Shown here in pieces: positions 52,034 through 64,000 of a DNA stretch of 64,000 bases. The notes under the pieces were generated by a model, which worked only from the letters and a program-made list of their open reading frames with translations, ran no database searches and was not told the origin of the DNA. The stretch's first letter is position 1, and each line of letters opens with the position of its first letter. This DNA comes from Botryllus schlosseri (taxonomy: Eukaryota): NCBI GenBank assembly GCA_051294905.1, contig CM119371.1, positions 34,722,001-34,786,000 on the forward strand. The letters run 5' to 3'. The translations under genes and the position numbers were made by a program.

Positions 52034-53479
52034 GTTTGCGGCGACAGCCCATGGAAATATACGGAATAGAGTCCGACTATAAACTCGATGCCTATTGACA
52101 ACGTATAGCCTGTCTGACAAGTCAATTTAAGAGAATCGGTAATCCACGAAGTCTAAAAGATAAATACAGTTAGTCAAAGTAGTCAGCGTTGATACTCTAA
52201 TGCAGTGCTCTTCAACCGGGGTTGTCGTACACCCCAGGGTGTACCAGAATTTGCAAAGGGTGTACCACTCGGATGGGGTGTACAGGGGTGTACCAGATCC
52301 GAATTACAATGAGCCGATGGCTAGCTATCACAAAGGCAGGTTTATGGGCCAGTACAGGTTGACGCACAGGTTAATGAGCAGTATGGTACGATGTTATCTC
52401 AAGTGTAATACCATAGTGTCCTATATGGTGTCGACACAAGCAAATCGCACGGTTCAATGAAATTGCATCACGTCACAGTTTCCATTTGGCTACAGGCAAT
52501 TTGACGGTGATTTTTGACCGGCTTGCCGAGCATTAAATTTGATGAATCGGGTATCAATCGAAAGCTGACTCTGCACTGATTACGAAAATATAAATTTTAT
52601 TCCGCTCGCGGCCCTGGAACCCCCACAATCAGCCCCCAATTATTCATTGTCGAGTAGATTGGCAGTGTGACGCAACAATGCTGTCTAGCGAAACGAGAGA
52701 CTAGCTCAAGAGCAAGGATGCGGCCGAGCGGCGAGAGTGGGATCAGCTGACGTCGCGGCAATAGCGATGTGCAAACGCGCCACAGAGAAACGCTGCGCTG
52801 TTGATACTTTTTCTATGCGTTTCGGTACAAGCGAGCACACACCAGCCTTTCCTTGACTTGTAAGGGTAGAACTGGGTCCACAGAATGTATTACGGCCCTA
52901 CCAATTTTCGCGCAATATCCTTCAGCTGATAAAGATATGTCATTGGATATTGGACATTGGATATGTCAGATTATTATGATATCGATTGCCTTAGCCCGCT
53001 TGTTGCGTAGGGCTCCAGAGACACGTCGCGCTGTTGATGGCGGGTGTCGATACTTTCTATAGTCGCTTGTATGGTTAAGTGTGAGCAAGGAGCATTGAGC
53101 ATGAGCATACATTACAAGCTTTTATTTGATCCGTATGGGTAGGACTTGGTCCGCGAATGCAGCAGGTAAAATGTTGATTGTTGAATAAAGTTTAACAGCA
53201 GGAGTGTCGAATTAAATTGGTATCGCTGTCCGGATTCAATCCGTTACTAGAAAGCTTGCGGGCCATACCTGCCAAATGATTCCAAAATGTTACCACCAAA
53301 TTCATACCTTTGTTTTTCACTGGAATATATCTGATATCACTATAAACATTGACGTTGGAATTTGGTTTAGCATTTTTCAATCACCAAATAGTTTTTTTGA
53401 ATGCCGGGGACCTTTTGCGTCAAAAGTAATACAGTGGTATCACAGATATTTGAAATATATTCATTCTGTAGCCTGTATA

Positions 53480-56359
53480 GGGTAGAGTGGGGCAAAACGC
53501 CTATCGTAAGGGAGAAACGCCATAAAATCCTCCGTGCTATTCGAGTTGGTCTAAATTTCATAGTATCAACGCGAGATGTCGTACCTTATCCAATATGAAT
53601 GTATGGAAAGCTTATGTATCGTTTATCAGCAGTAAAATCATGATTCATCCATGTTCGTCAAAATGCCGTTTTGCCCCATGGGTGGGGCAAAACGCACACG
53701 AAGGCGTTTTGCCCTACTAGGTCTTACAATTTACCCACTGATACTCTGTTAAGGATTTCTTTTTCATTCGTATACAATTATACATGCTTACTAGCCCACT
53801 ATAAATTGAATCCTGTACAAATGTTGCAACCCAAACATGTAATGAACAAAAAACAAGCTAATGAACGAAAATCTAAAATCAGATGTGCCAAGGCAAATAT
53901 TGTGTTAAAGTCAGTCAGAAAGGTCGTCGTCCTCAGAATCACAATTTTGACAAATGAAATGGCGATCTCCAAGCGTACATTCTTGATGTGCCCATAAATG
54001 GCAAATCAGACACTGAATCCATTTTTCCCCGGGCCTACTATTACGGAATGGCTCAACGCAAATCAAGCAAGGCCATTCTTCGTCATCTCTTTTGTTTTTG
54101 GGTGGACATTTATCCTTAGGCACCTTCTCCTTTTTCGATCTCTTTGTAACCGGCTTCGGTGATTTAATTTTTTTTTGCAGAGCGTTTTTATAAGGTGATG
54201 ACGTAAGCACTTCTGAGTTTTCTGCTTTCCTGGATCTTTTTCGTTTTGTGGCTGATTTAACCGGCGAACATAACTCGTCTATAGCTTCCCTTGCCTCTGA
54301 ATGTTTTGAAGTCGAAGCCATGGTAGTTGATTTAACTACCTCGCAATCCGTGTTATTGGTGGTTCCTCCCACTTCAACTATACTTGGGTCGGTAGTGGAG
54401 GAATTATCTTGGCAGTTGTCAGCATTTCCGGCATGTGGGTCTGGCTCATCGGTCATTTCGGACGCGATGAAGTCTTCTTCCGAGAATATATCTTTATTGA
54501 ATGGCCAAAGTCCACAGGCCCTGAAGCCATTGACGGATTTCTCTACCGTAGCACATCTGTTGTAAGCAACAGCAAAAATCTCGGCCATATCGAAAAATTG
54601 GACCCTCTTTCCTGGATTTGTTACCATCCAATTGTCCACCGATGAATTATAACTAGATTTTAAAGATTTAAAAAACGTTTTATCGAGTGGTTGCATTTTG
54701 TGGGTGCAGTGAGGTGGTAACGTCAAAAGTTCGATTCCGTTCGAACGGGCATAGTCGATTGCAGCAAGGGTTTTATGGCTATGATGACCATCCAAGATGA
54801 TTAAATGTTTTTCATCAACTGTGGGTTTTGCAATTGAAACGAAATGTTTTAGCCAAACTAAGAAACTTCCTTCATCGGTCCAGCCGTTTGCAGTGCAGTG
54901 GCCAATTGATCCAATGGGTGCATTTCTCATTAGCCCGTCCACCATTCGTTTTCTTGGAAATATAATCATAGGGGGTATGTATGCTCCCGCCGCATTCGTT
55001 GCGCAAATTATCGTGACCGTTTTCCCTCTTTCCCCGCTCGTCATTTTCCCAACTTCTCGTGCACCTTTCGTCGCAATGATGTTGTCAGGCTTTTGGACAT
55101 TGGTAATTCCGGTTTCGTCCATATTCCAAATACGAGTTGGCACGTAACAGTGTGAGTTTAAAACGCCCCGATAAGCCGTGTAAAACTTTTCCACTTGAGG
55201 CTTATTAAATCCCACTGCCCGTGCTATACTGGTAGCTTCCGGCTTTCGAATTGATAATTCTTGATGACGTGATAAGAAACCACGTAGCCAGTCTTTGCCA
55301 GCCATTTTAACGTCGTCATTAAACCGATGTTTCATTCCCATCTTTGTGGCAAAGTCATAAGCCAGACGGCGTACGTCCTTCGTAGTTAAGCCAAATAAGG
55401 CCTTTTCCATGTCCTTAATCTTCGATACTATTTCACTTTCATATTGAAGATTTATGTCTGGTTTAAACCTCCCCAATGAAATAGAACCCGGGTTCGATAC
55501 TTCTTTATTCGTATGTCGACGGAGCGTTCTAGGAGGTATCCCGTAATATATTGCCGTTGTCTTCAACGCCGCGCCTCCTTGCACGGCGTCCATAGCTTTG
55601 CGCAAGTTTTCTTCAGAGTACGACGCCCTGGATGTTTTCCTTTTATAAGTCCTCACCATGTTTTTGTTCTGCAGGTAAATAATAATTGTAGTGTTTTGAT
55701 TAGACTGATTAGTGAACACATTTAGTTGATTCTTGATCAAACTCCCCAGAGTTCCTGTTCGAGTTTCACACTCATCTCGCGTCTTTGCATGCCATTTAAA
55801 AAAATAGTGATTAATTTACAGACCATAACCGTTTAAAAAAAATCTACCAGTACTGTATTGGATATCATTGGAAATTCCTTATCAAACAACATGATTTTGA
55901 TCTCCTGGGTAATGATACGAATGCGAATCACTTCAAGGGGTAAAACGCCCACTAGCGGCGTTTTACCCCGCGTATAGGGTGGGCGTTTTAGCCACGAGGC
56001 CGCCATTACTTTCGAAACACTAACAAGGTGGTTATTTTGTGTATCTGACGATGAAATTACACTAAAATCACATCGAACATAGTAGGATCCTAAATAAGAT
56101 GAGAAAGATTCATTCGGCGACCTCAATAGTTACGTTTCATCCAGTTATATTACGGTTATTTTTGTAAGAAACAAGTCAAAAAGTAATATATTATCGTAAA
56201 ACTCACCAAGTCCTCTTTCAACTTCAGAAATTAAGGTGACAGCTCCGTCTGACCATTAGGCATACTTTAGGCTATTGTGACTCATTCAACAATCACTTTG
56301 TTTGGTAATAGCGATGGTGGGCGTCTTACCTCACAGGGGCGTTTTACCCCACTCTACCC
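53480..56359 (-). mobile_element. Full-length pogo/Fot-like DNA transposon
   Basis: 22-bp TIR GGGTAGAGTGGGG(C/T)AAAACGCC; TA TSD on both sides; inner copies of the AAAACGCC motif; uninterrupted transposase ORF. Confidence 0.95.
53911..55659 (-). CDS. pogo/Fot-like DD35D transposase with HTH_psq/CENP-B-type N-terminus and C-terminal PHD finger, 582 aa from MVRTYKRK
   Basis: WNMDETG, LIILDGHHSH, then 35 residues to the D of QPLD; AGKDWLRGFLSRH helix; C4HC3 CLIC...CLICHLWAHQEC...CQNC; acceptor ctgcag 9 nt upstream of the ATG. Confidence 0.95.
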   Translation of the reverse strand: MVRTYKRKTSRASYSEENLRKAMDAVQGGAALKTTAIYYGIPPRTLRRHTNKEVSNPGSISLGRFKPDINLQYESEIVSKIKDMEKALFGLTTKDVRRLAYDFATKMGMKHRFNDDVKMAGKDWLRGFLSRHQELSIRKPEATSIARAVGFNKPQVEKFYTAYRGVLNSHCYVPTRIWNMDETGITNVQKPDNIIATKGAREVGKMTSGERGKTVTIICATNAAGAYIPPMIIFPRKRMVDGLMRNAPIGSIGHCTANGWTDEGSFLVWLKHFVSIAKPTVDEKHLIILDGHHSHKTLAAIDYARSNGIELLTLPPHCTHKMQPLDKTFFKSLKSSYNSSVDNWMVTNPGKRVQFFDMAEIFAVAYNRCATVEKSVNGFRACGLWPFNKDIFSEEDFIASEMTDEPDPHAGNADNCQDNSSTTDPSIVEVGGTTNNTDCEVVKSTTMASTSKHSEAREAIDELCSPVKSATKRKRSRKAENSEVLTSSPYKNALQKKIKSPKPVTKRSKKEKVPKDKCPPKNKRDDEEWPCLICVEPFRNSRPGEKWIQCLICHLWAHQECTLGDRHFICQNCDSEDDDLSD

Positions 56360-58643
56360 TATATATTCCTAATGTAACTTACGTAAAACGGATTTGCAGT
56401 ATTTTTTTCGCATCTGTGAATAACTGAATGTCCATTGTCCATTCGGCCCAACAGAGTTTGCACTTTCTCGCCTTCTCGAAATTTGGCAAGGTCACCGACG
56501 TGGTGCTTATGGGGACTAGAGTGAAAACTCAACACTGTAGTTGTATTACTACAATATGATATATTTACATTATCTAAATTTGCTGTCTTGAGTGAATCTT
56601 ATTACTTGAAAGTACATTTTTCTTACTAGAAATATCTCTAACAGCTGAAGGATTGCGCGAAAATTGGTAGGGACCAAATACATTCCGTGGACCCAGTTCT
56701 ACCATTACAAGTGAAGGAAAGGCTGGTGTGTGCTCGCTTTTAGCGAAGCGCATAGAAAAAGTATCAACAGCGCCACGCATCTCTGGAGCCCTACGCAACA
56801 AGCGGGCTAAGGCAATCGATATCATAATAATCTGGCATGTCCAATGTAGACTACTTAGACGTAGCCTACATATCTCTATCAGCTAAAGGATATTGCGCGA
56901 AAATTGGTAGGGCCCTAATACATTCCGTGGACCCAGTTCTACCCTTACAAGTCAAGGAAAGGCTGGTGTGTGCTCGCTTGTACCGAAACGCATAGAAAAA
57001 GTATCAACAGCGCAGCGTTTCTCTGTGGCGCGTTTGCACATCGCTATTGCCGCGACGTCAGCTGATCCCACTCTCGCCGCTCGGCCGCATCCTTGCTCTT
57101 GAGCTAGTCTCTCGTTTCGCTAGACAGCATTGTTGCGTCACACTGCCAATCTACTCGACAATGAATAATTTGGGGCAGATTGTGGGGGTTCCATGGCCAT
57201 GAGTGGAATAAAATTTATATTTTCGCAAGCTGTACAGCGTCAGCTTTCGATTGATACCCGATTCATCAAATTTAATGCTCGGCAAGTCGGTCAAAAATCA
57301 CCGTCAAATTGCCTGTAGCCAAATGGAAACTGTGACGTGATACAATTTCATTGAACCGTGCGATTTGCTTGTGTCGACACCAGATGTCATAAGCAAATAT
57401 TTCTCCTATTCATTTAGCCGTCGGCAATAGACCAATGGTTCCGTTTGGTGTTGGAAAGTATGCAGTTAACATATATGTGTTCAGCTAGTGATTTTAGTCT
57501 TTTAGATCTTAGTGATTTTTGAAGGAACCGCCGCGATAGCTCAGACTTCTTGAATCTGTACTTCCTATCCGACGTTAATAAATACCGCAATACACATAAA
57601 TGAAGTGACGTAGCCAGCCAGGGTCGAAACAGCTTCCATGTTGAAATCGAAACCCTTTTGTTTTAAAATGCCGATTTTATGTCCAATATTTCGCCATACA
57701 TTTGCAATTTAGTATTTTGTTATTAGTGCTGCAAATTAGCGACAATAGACTGTGTATAGCGGCATACGATCTAAGGTTACTGACATCTCTTGCAGCCCAA
57801 GTGCTACTATCGACTGTATGTGGTGTGGGGCAGGCCTGATACGCCGTACGCTACATGGTGCGCCTGCTATCATCGCTGATCTGAATTACCGCTTCTGCAG
57901 TAGTAACTTTACTTACTCTCTCCCCAATACTGTTACATTTAGGTTGATTATCGTTCGTAATGTCATGCTGTTTTTGGGCTGACAAGAAACAAATTCCAAT
58001 TTGCGTGGCGGGCGGCTTAACTGGCTGCGAATAGACTCTGTGACTACAGATAACTAACCTACGGTCCGTAGGTAGTTATCTATGCTGTGACCAAATACTA
58101 TTTTATTCAAATCCAAATTTTTTGACGACAATAACTCCGCTTCTACTGGTTGGAATTGAATCAAATTTGAAGAACATCATTTTTATAGACAACCTAATAC
58201 TTTCATGGGTGAACAGAAAAATTTCAAATTTTTCGTTATTCATTTTATATAATAAATAGAAACTTTCTTCTCCCGTAGCAATGCGGCTACTGGTTGGAAT
58301 TGAGCCAAATTTGGTGTGTAGGCTTAAGTTAGGTAACCTAACAATTTTATCAAGTAGCCAGATTCGAGAAAAAAAGTCATTTTTGAAGACCCCTAATGTA
58401 CAGGGTTGTACGAGTTTTGAGCAATCGTTAAAAGGGTGTACGACGTCGAAAAAGGTTGAAGAGCACTGCTCTAATGTAAGCGGCATATACTGTCAAGACG
58501 TCTCAATACTGCTCCAAATGGCAGTAGAAAATGGAAGACCAGAAAAGCACTCAAGCAAAAGTAGTTTATAAAAGGTAAACTTAGTCGAGGTAGTGTATAC
58601 TTTTAGCAGTTAATACTTAATAACCACTGGCTACATTCTAAAT

Positions 58644-59875
58644 CAGGGGCCGGCAACATACGGCCCGCGAGGGGATTTTATCCGGCCCGCGGACAGTTTC
58701 AGGTCTTAGTTGATAATGTGGCCCGCGGCGGTGTCCGGTCGATACCGAGAATGGACACCACCGAGAATGCAATGTATGCAATGCAGGCATGTTATGTATA
58801 TATACAGGTCGTGTGCATGTACATGTGAATGACGTCTTTGCCATATTCGGTGTCGATTATCTTATATAAATTTCTCGTTGGCGCATTTGGGAACCAAATT
58901 TCGGAAATTTGGCTCTTTTAAAGATCGGTTGGCGACGAAAAATTACGTTTGGCGCGTTGGCTCCAATTTGGCGCATTTTACTATAAAATTATTTAACAAT
59001 TGAACTGAAGTAAAGTCGAATCACTTTTCTTTAGTTCTCGTTCTAACCTTGGATATTAGGATTTGCAGGCCTATGTCATCATATAAGCGGCTTATTGCCA
59101 TCACAGTGCTTCTCTCGCGCTCCATATTCTAAATCAGGGGTCACCAACGCGGGCCCAAGGTACCAGATGAGTCACCCACCGGCCTGTTCTAAAAAATGGA
59201 GTAACAGCTCTAACCAGTGAGCTTTCAAATAATGAGATTGATTTATTTAGCTGTTTTTGTGTAAATCACACTAACATGTAACTTAGTTACTCCCTAAATT
59301 TACCCGCTTCAATATTTTACTGTTTTTCGGCTGTTTTCTCGTTTTGTGTTGACAATATAGAAAACTTTCTTCTTAAGACAGATAGAAACTTGATGTTTTG
59401 ACAGCTTTTGAGCTATATATCCTGACTCTACGAGCAGTGGTTGTTGAGTTGTGCAATTTACCCCCTCATGCGCAGAAATTGGGGGTTGCCGGCTGTAAAA
59501 TAGGAGCAATTGCCTAAAGTCAATTTCTATTGCAGTTTCAGGTCATTTGTCGGGATTTAAGAACCCCTTTTTTCGATTAAAAAAAGTTATTTTCATTCCA
59601 CTCTAACGTAAACGTGCACATGCTGTTGACAACGTATCATTTTTGTGTTTAGGTCTAATTTATAAGCATATTGGTTGAAATCGGAAATAGTTGTCACATT
59701 TTGGAGAGCAATTTGGCTCTTTTGAACCACCAGCAGTTGGCCACTCTGTACATGCGATTTATTCCTTGTATATGAGGATAAATGGGCGAATAATGTATCG
59801 ATTCAGCTATCCGGCCCGCCAAGTACTCAATATTCCTACATACGGCCCGCGGACTGGAGAAGTTGCCCGCCCCTG
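58644..59875. mobile_element. hAT (Charlie-like) MITE with nested fragments
   Basis: Ends CAGGGGCCGGCAAC / GTTGCCCGCCCCTG; perfect TSD ttctaaat. Confidence 0.88.
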
Positions 59876-60403
59876 TTCTAAATTGAAAAAGGCATCTTAG
59901 CGACTGACGCAACATAACTATTGACATCAAAAACTGGCGGAATCTTCGAAAATATATTCAGTTACAGCAGGGCTGCAATACGTCGCATCTTAAGAGGATT
60001 TGTCCTCATTTTTCATGAAATCGAAAATGTCCTCGGGAGACGCCCGAATCTTCCCCTTTCTGTCAATTCGTCATCCGTTATAGCTTTGACAGCCAGGAGA
60101 TTGTGCAGCGACAACAAAACAAAAAACGCTATAGAAGACGCGAAAACTACGTTAAAGTGTGACTTTCTGGAAACGAGCTGGGAAAATACTTTTAGCCAAC
60201 ACAACAGAATTTCATGAGCGTGGGTCTTCCGGTGGTGTAGTTGCGAGTCGAGTTGATAAAGTGATCCTTTTTTAGTCAAAACAACAGAATTTCCCGTTTT
60301 CTCATCCGATTTTATAAGTTTTGTGATTTGTAAAAAGTCCCTTCTTTACCGGATCTTAAATTATGGTAACCGTAGTTACAGTGATACATAGACTATTTCA
60401 CAC

Positions 60404-60832
60404 TAGAAATGTACAGCACAGGATCGGGATTTGGAATTCTAACCGGACAGGAATCCTGCATGCTTTTCATAAACAGGATTGGATTCGGATCCACATTTCT
60501 TTCCAGAGTGCCGGATCCGGATCAGGGCAGGATTCTGAATTTCTAGTTCACGAAAGTGTCTTTCTGATTGTTTACAATACATCAATGTTTTGTGTGAACT
60601 TTGACCCGGCTAGTTTTGCGTTGCATCACATATCCTTGATAACAAGCTCCAATGCATTGTCGAGGTATAGTTTGAAAAACATCGGCTAAGGGGCCAATGG
60701 ATGCTACCAGATCGGAACAGGATTATTTTGGATTCAAATTTTAGCATTAACAATGGAAACAGGATCTGGATGTCATTTTTATTAAACAGAATTGGATCCG
60801 GATCCCTAAAAACCATAATCCTTACATCTCTA
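60404..60832. mobile_element. hAT MITE with GGATC/CCGGAT subterminal repeats
   Basis: Ends TAGAAATGTA / TACATCTCTA; perfect TSD tttcacac. Confidence 0.85.
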
Positions 60833-62180
60833 TTTCACACGCACACTACGAGTATCTCACTCATAAAAGGTTATCCAAATTAATCTTAAAACTAGATTCT
60901 GCTTTTCTAAAAGGTAGCATTATCGCCTAAACAACTGCTACGTGGAAGTGGTCAGAAATTGCCACTTGAGTAAGAAGTACGTGTGAGAAAGGTCTACTTG
61001 AGAATACATTTAAAAAAGTAAGAATACTTGGTTTTCGTAACTGACCTTACTGCATTCTATTAATTACAACCCTGAAGAATATATATCATTGGCAGATTGT
61101 TAACCTTCACTGCACTAACAGAAGGAATATCACACACCAAAACTGATTCCTTCATCACACAATATTCGTTCCCGCAACCAGGAAATTGACACCTATGGCT
61201 CCCATTCAACTTTTCTTATTTCATAACTAATTGCGGCTTCTAATATGATTGCGCAAATGGGCGTCTTTGCCGCTGTTCGGCCGTGTTTCAGATATTAGCG
61301 TCAGTCATGTCACGTATCGCGCTGACCGAATGCATGATTCCAATCCGACCACATACACACTAGTATATGCAGTAGGCTATATAAATACACGCAGTCTTTA
61401 CGAACGTATGCATTATTCTCTGTTTGGAGTTGATCGTGATCAATCTGAGCAATGAGCATTGACCACTATGCACCGTAGTCGTGAGTGAAATATCCATGTG
61501 AACTCGATGCTATAGTTCATTCGTTCAACTACTACCCTGAATAGCCCCTGGCGCGTAATCAAGACAGCCACGAGGCTATTTACAGCACGTATAGCAACAA
61601 TGTGCAGACAACGTTCGCTTCTGTTATACTGGAAATACAGTAACAAACAACATGACGATTCGCAGCACGAATGACGGATTTGTAATTTCGCGTATGGTCT
61701 ACGACAGGGGCGGGCCACTTCTACAGTACAGTCGGCGGGCCGGATATGGGAAAATGAAGGTCGTGGCGGGCCGAATACCTAAATCGATACATCAAACGCG
61801 TATTTATCCACCTACGGGATTAATCGTATTTAATGTAAACTTTAAGTACCAAACCGGATTTCCGTTGTGCTAACGCATGCTCTACTCCTACTAACTTCGG
61901 AATTCGATGGAACTGTGAACGCCACTGGTAATATCTTCACATGGAACATTACTGCAACGTGCAACCGTAGAGCCTGCGAATATTATGCGTGCGACCAATT
62001 CGACCGGCCAGATAGTTCCATAGCCACAGAACGAGTGTCAGAAGAAACCGAATCGAGGTACATTCAATGGAGCCGATCTTGTTTTGCTATGACAATTACG
62101 TAGTACAGTGGTTCTCGACCGGGGGTCCGTGGACCCCTGGGGGTCTGCGAAACTTCTAAATTTGCAAAATTAGTGATACC

Positions 62181-63472
62181 GAGGGCGATTTTTTGACCTA
62201 TCAAAATTTTGTCAAAATTATAGCGTTAGGTCAAAATTTGTCAAAATTGTTTACAAAGTCCAAATTTTTTTGACGTCTGCATTTCGTTTGTATCTTAGAT
62301 TTTGCACTGTCGGTGAACTTATCATGTAATATTTTACAGCTTTTAGCCTACTAGGTAGGGTTGCATCTAAAATTAAAATCAATTTAAAACTAACATGTTT
62401 AAAACAAGACCCTAATTTCAAACGTTTTTTCATGGTTTTTTTGTTTTGTTTTTTAAAGCCATGACGTCACGAATAGTCGATCGTGACGTCATAGTGGATT
62501 GACATTGACAATTGAAAATATAGGGTAAATATAGCCCTTTTGACGAAATATCTGTACTATAAATGTTGAACCGACTATTTTAAGGGTTCCAGCCATCCCA
62601 TATCGATACACGTCGGCTATATCGGGTGGTAATTGTCCGTAGGCTCATACAACATGTTTTTGGAAATGATTTGCGCCATTAAGGCATAATTGTACAACTT
62701 GGAAAAAATCAACTCTTTTTTAAAGAGCCTTTGTTTAAAACACTGTTTAAAACATGTTTGAAACAAAGTGTTTTAAAACACCGTTTGTTTTAAATGCAAC
62801 CATAGTTATAGACCAACCGTTGGAGACGGTCTATTGTCTGCCCATTGTGAATAATTAACGGTGAAATGAAAAAAAATAGGTGTACATGGTGGTATCGTCA
62901 ACTTATACCAAAATGTTGTAACTGAAACAAGACTGCTTGGTTCTTATATCAAGAAGCGCATGATGAAAAATTGTGATGTAGATTGTAGACAACATTGTCA
63001 TAATGAAGTAACATGGTGTGTCACCAGCAGTGTACGCACAACTTCATTGTTGTCAGTTAACAACTGCAGCTGTTGAACGTTTTTTCTCCATTCTTGGCAA
63101 GCTACTTAGTAAGGATAGACACTTTGTACCCGAGAATGTAGGAAAGTATCTTTAGTTGTACTACAACAAATTTTAATTATTTCTACAATAATACGTGATG
63201 TAACTACTGGAATCCTTCATAGGGCCAGATATAAATAAAATAATAGATTTTTTCGTGTAAAACTTTGTCAGTTTTTAAGTCTAAAATGTTTTTTCAGGTC
63301 AAACTACTTCGTAAGGACAGACAGTTCCAACCAGAAATGAAGATGTAAGAAGTACAATTTTAACATTATAGGAGAAAACACCCAATTTGCATACGTGAGG
63401 TCAAAATTTGGTCGAAATTTTGATTTTATAGGTCAAAATCTTCCGTTTTTAAGTTGAAAAAGATTCGCCCTA
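62181..63472 (+). mobile_element. Internally deleted hAT element carrying a transposase 3' remnant
   Basis: Ends GAGGGCGATT / GATTCGCCCTA; flanks gtgatacc / ctgataac (6/8); subterminal ggtcaaaat repeats. Confidence 0.7.
62930..63177 (+). pseudogene. hAT transposase C-terminal dimerisation-domain remnant
   Basis: VSPAVYAQLHCCQLTTAAVERFFSILGKLLSKDRHFVPENVGKYL*LYYNK fits the hAT motif TSAxVERxFS...R...ENL; contains a stop and frameshifts. Confidence 0.75.
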
Positions 63473-64000
63473 CTGATAACAAATTTGTAACATTTTTAAA
63501 TCAAGGAAATCACGAAGCAGTTTCGCTTCAAAAGCGCTAATGTTTCAGTAAGCACATCGTCAGAGTGGCCATATGAGATGAAATATCCTACTGTGTAAAC
63601 TCATTTTAATAGCCAAATTGCCAATAGCCTACTGATACAAATGTATATTGCTGTTTAAAGACGTTTTGTTGAGGTTTGTTGAAAATAGTTTTTCTAGTCT
63701 GTCTCATGTGTGATATGCATAAACACTATTCAAGAATATCTTGAAGATGAGCTGCTATATGGAAATGCCTAGTCTGGACGTGATAACTTCATTGAAAAAT
63801 ACGTTTCTCTATTTCGGGGCCATATATGTTGCGATCGTGCTCAAAGGTGTCACCGGAAGCGTCAGCCGTTATAAATTACATTCGCCGCCACCTACCTTTG
63901 CGTGGAAATGGACTTCCGGCACTCGTTCATATCAAATGGAAAGCGTGAATTTTCAAGACACGATCACATATTTCAAGAGATAAGAAATCCAGCTGCATAA

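Larger units (their letters stand above)
52426..57382. mobile_element. Long-inverted-repeat (foldback-like) element with ~630-bp arms
   Basis: 52426-~53060 (tggtgtcgacacaagcaaatcgcacggttc...) is a near-identical reverse complement of ~56750-57382; TSD not resolved. Confidence 0.85.
52203..58468. mobile_element. hAT element, outer shell of a nested insertion
   Basis: Perfect 15-bp TIR CAGTGCTCTTCAACC / GGTTGAAGAGCACTG; perfect TSD ctctaatg at 52195-52202 and 58469-58476. Confidence 0.92.

Noticed and set aside
61867..62103. 78-aa Cys-containing ORF with a hydrophobic start
   Set aside because: Non-ATG start, wedged between MITEs, and no clear splice signals or domain.

Overview
AT-rich, intron-containing animal genomic DNA; not prokaryotic, and no CRISPR array or rRNA was seen. 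An invertebrate chordate such as an ascidian is plausible but is only inference. Protein-coding content I can support: the first two exons of SMU1 (-); an intronless RNF121 (-); an intronless KSR pseudokinase scaffold (-) that appears to lack the C1 domain; an intronless orphan 314-aa ORF made of two diverged ~155-aa repeats (-); a spliced single-domain rhodanese gene (+); and a hand-assembled 5-exon, 307-aa type I membrane receptor with a CUB-like ectodomain and an ITIM-like tail (-), which appears only as fragments in the ORF track. Most remaining sequence is DNA transposons: many hAT MITEs with visible 8-bp TSDs, TA-flanked pogo/Tc2-type MITEs, two foldback-like long inverted-repeat elements, and one apparently intact DD35D pogo/Fot-like transposon with a C-terminal PHD finger at the centre of a three-level nested insertion. 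There are also tRNA-derived SINEs and LINE remnants. Exon structures were read by eye from GT-AG signals and phase continuity, and family names come from motif recall rather than database searches.
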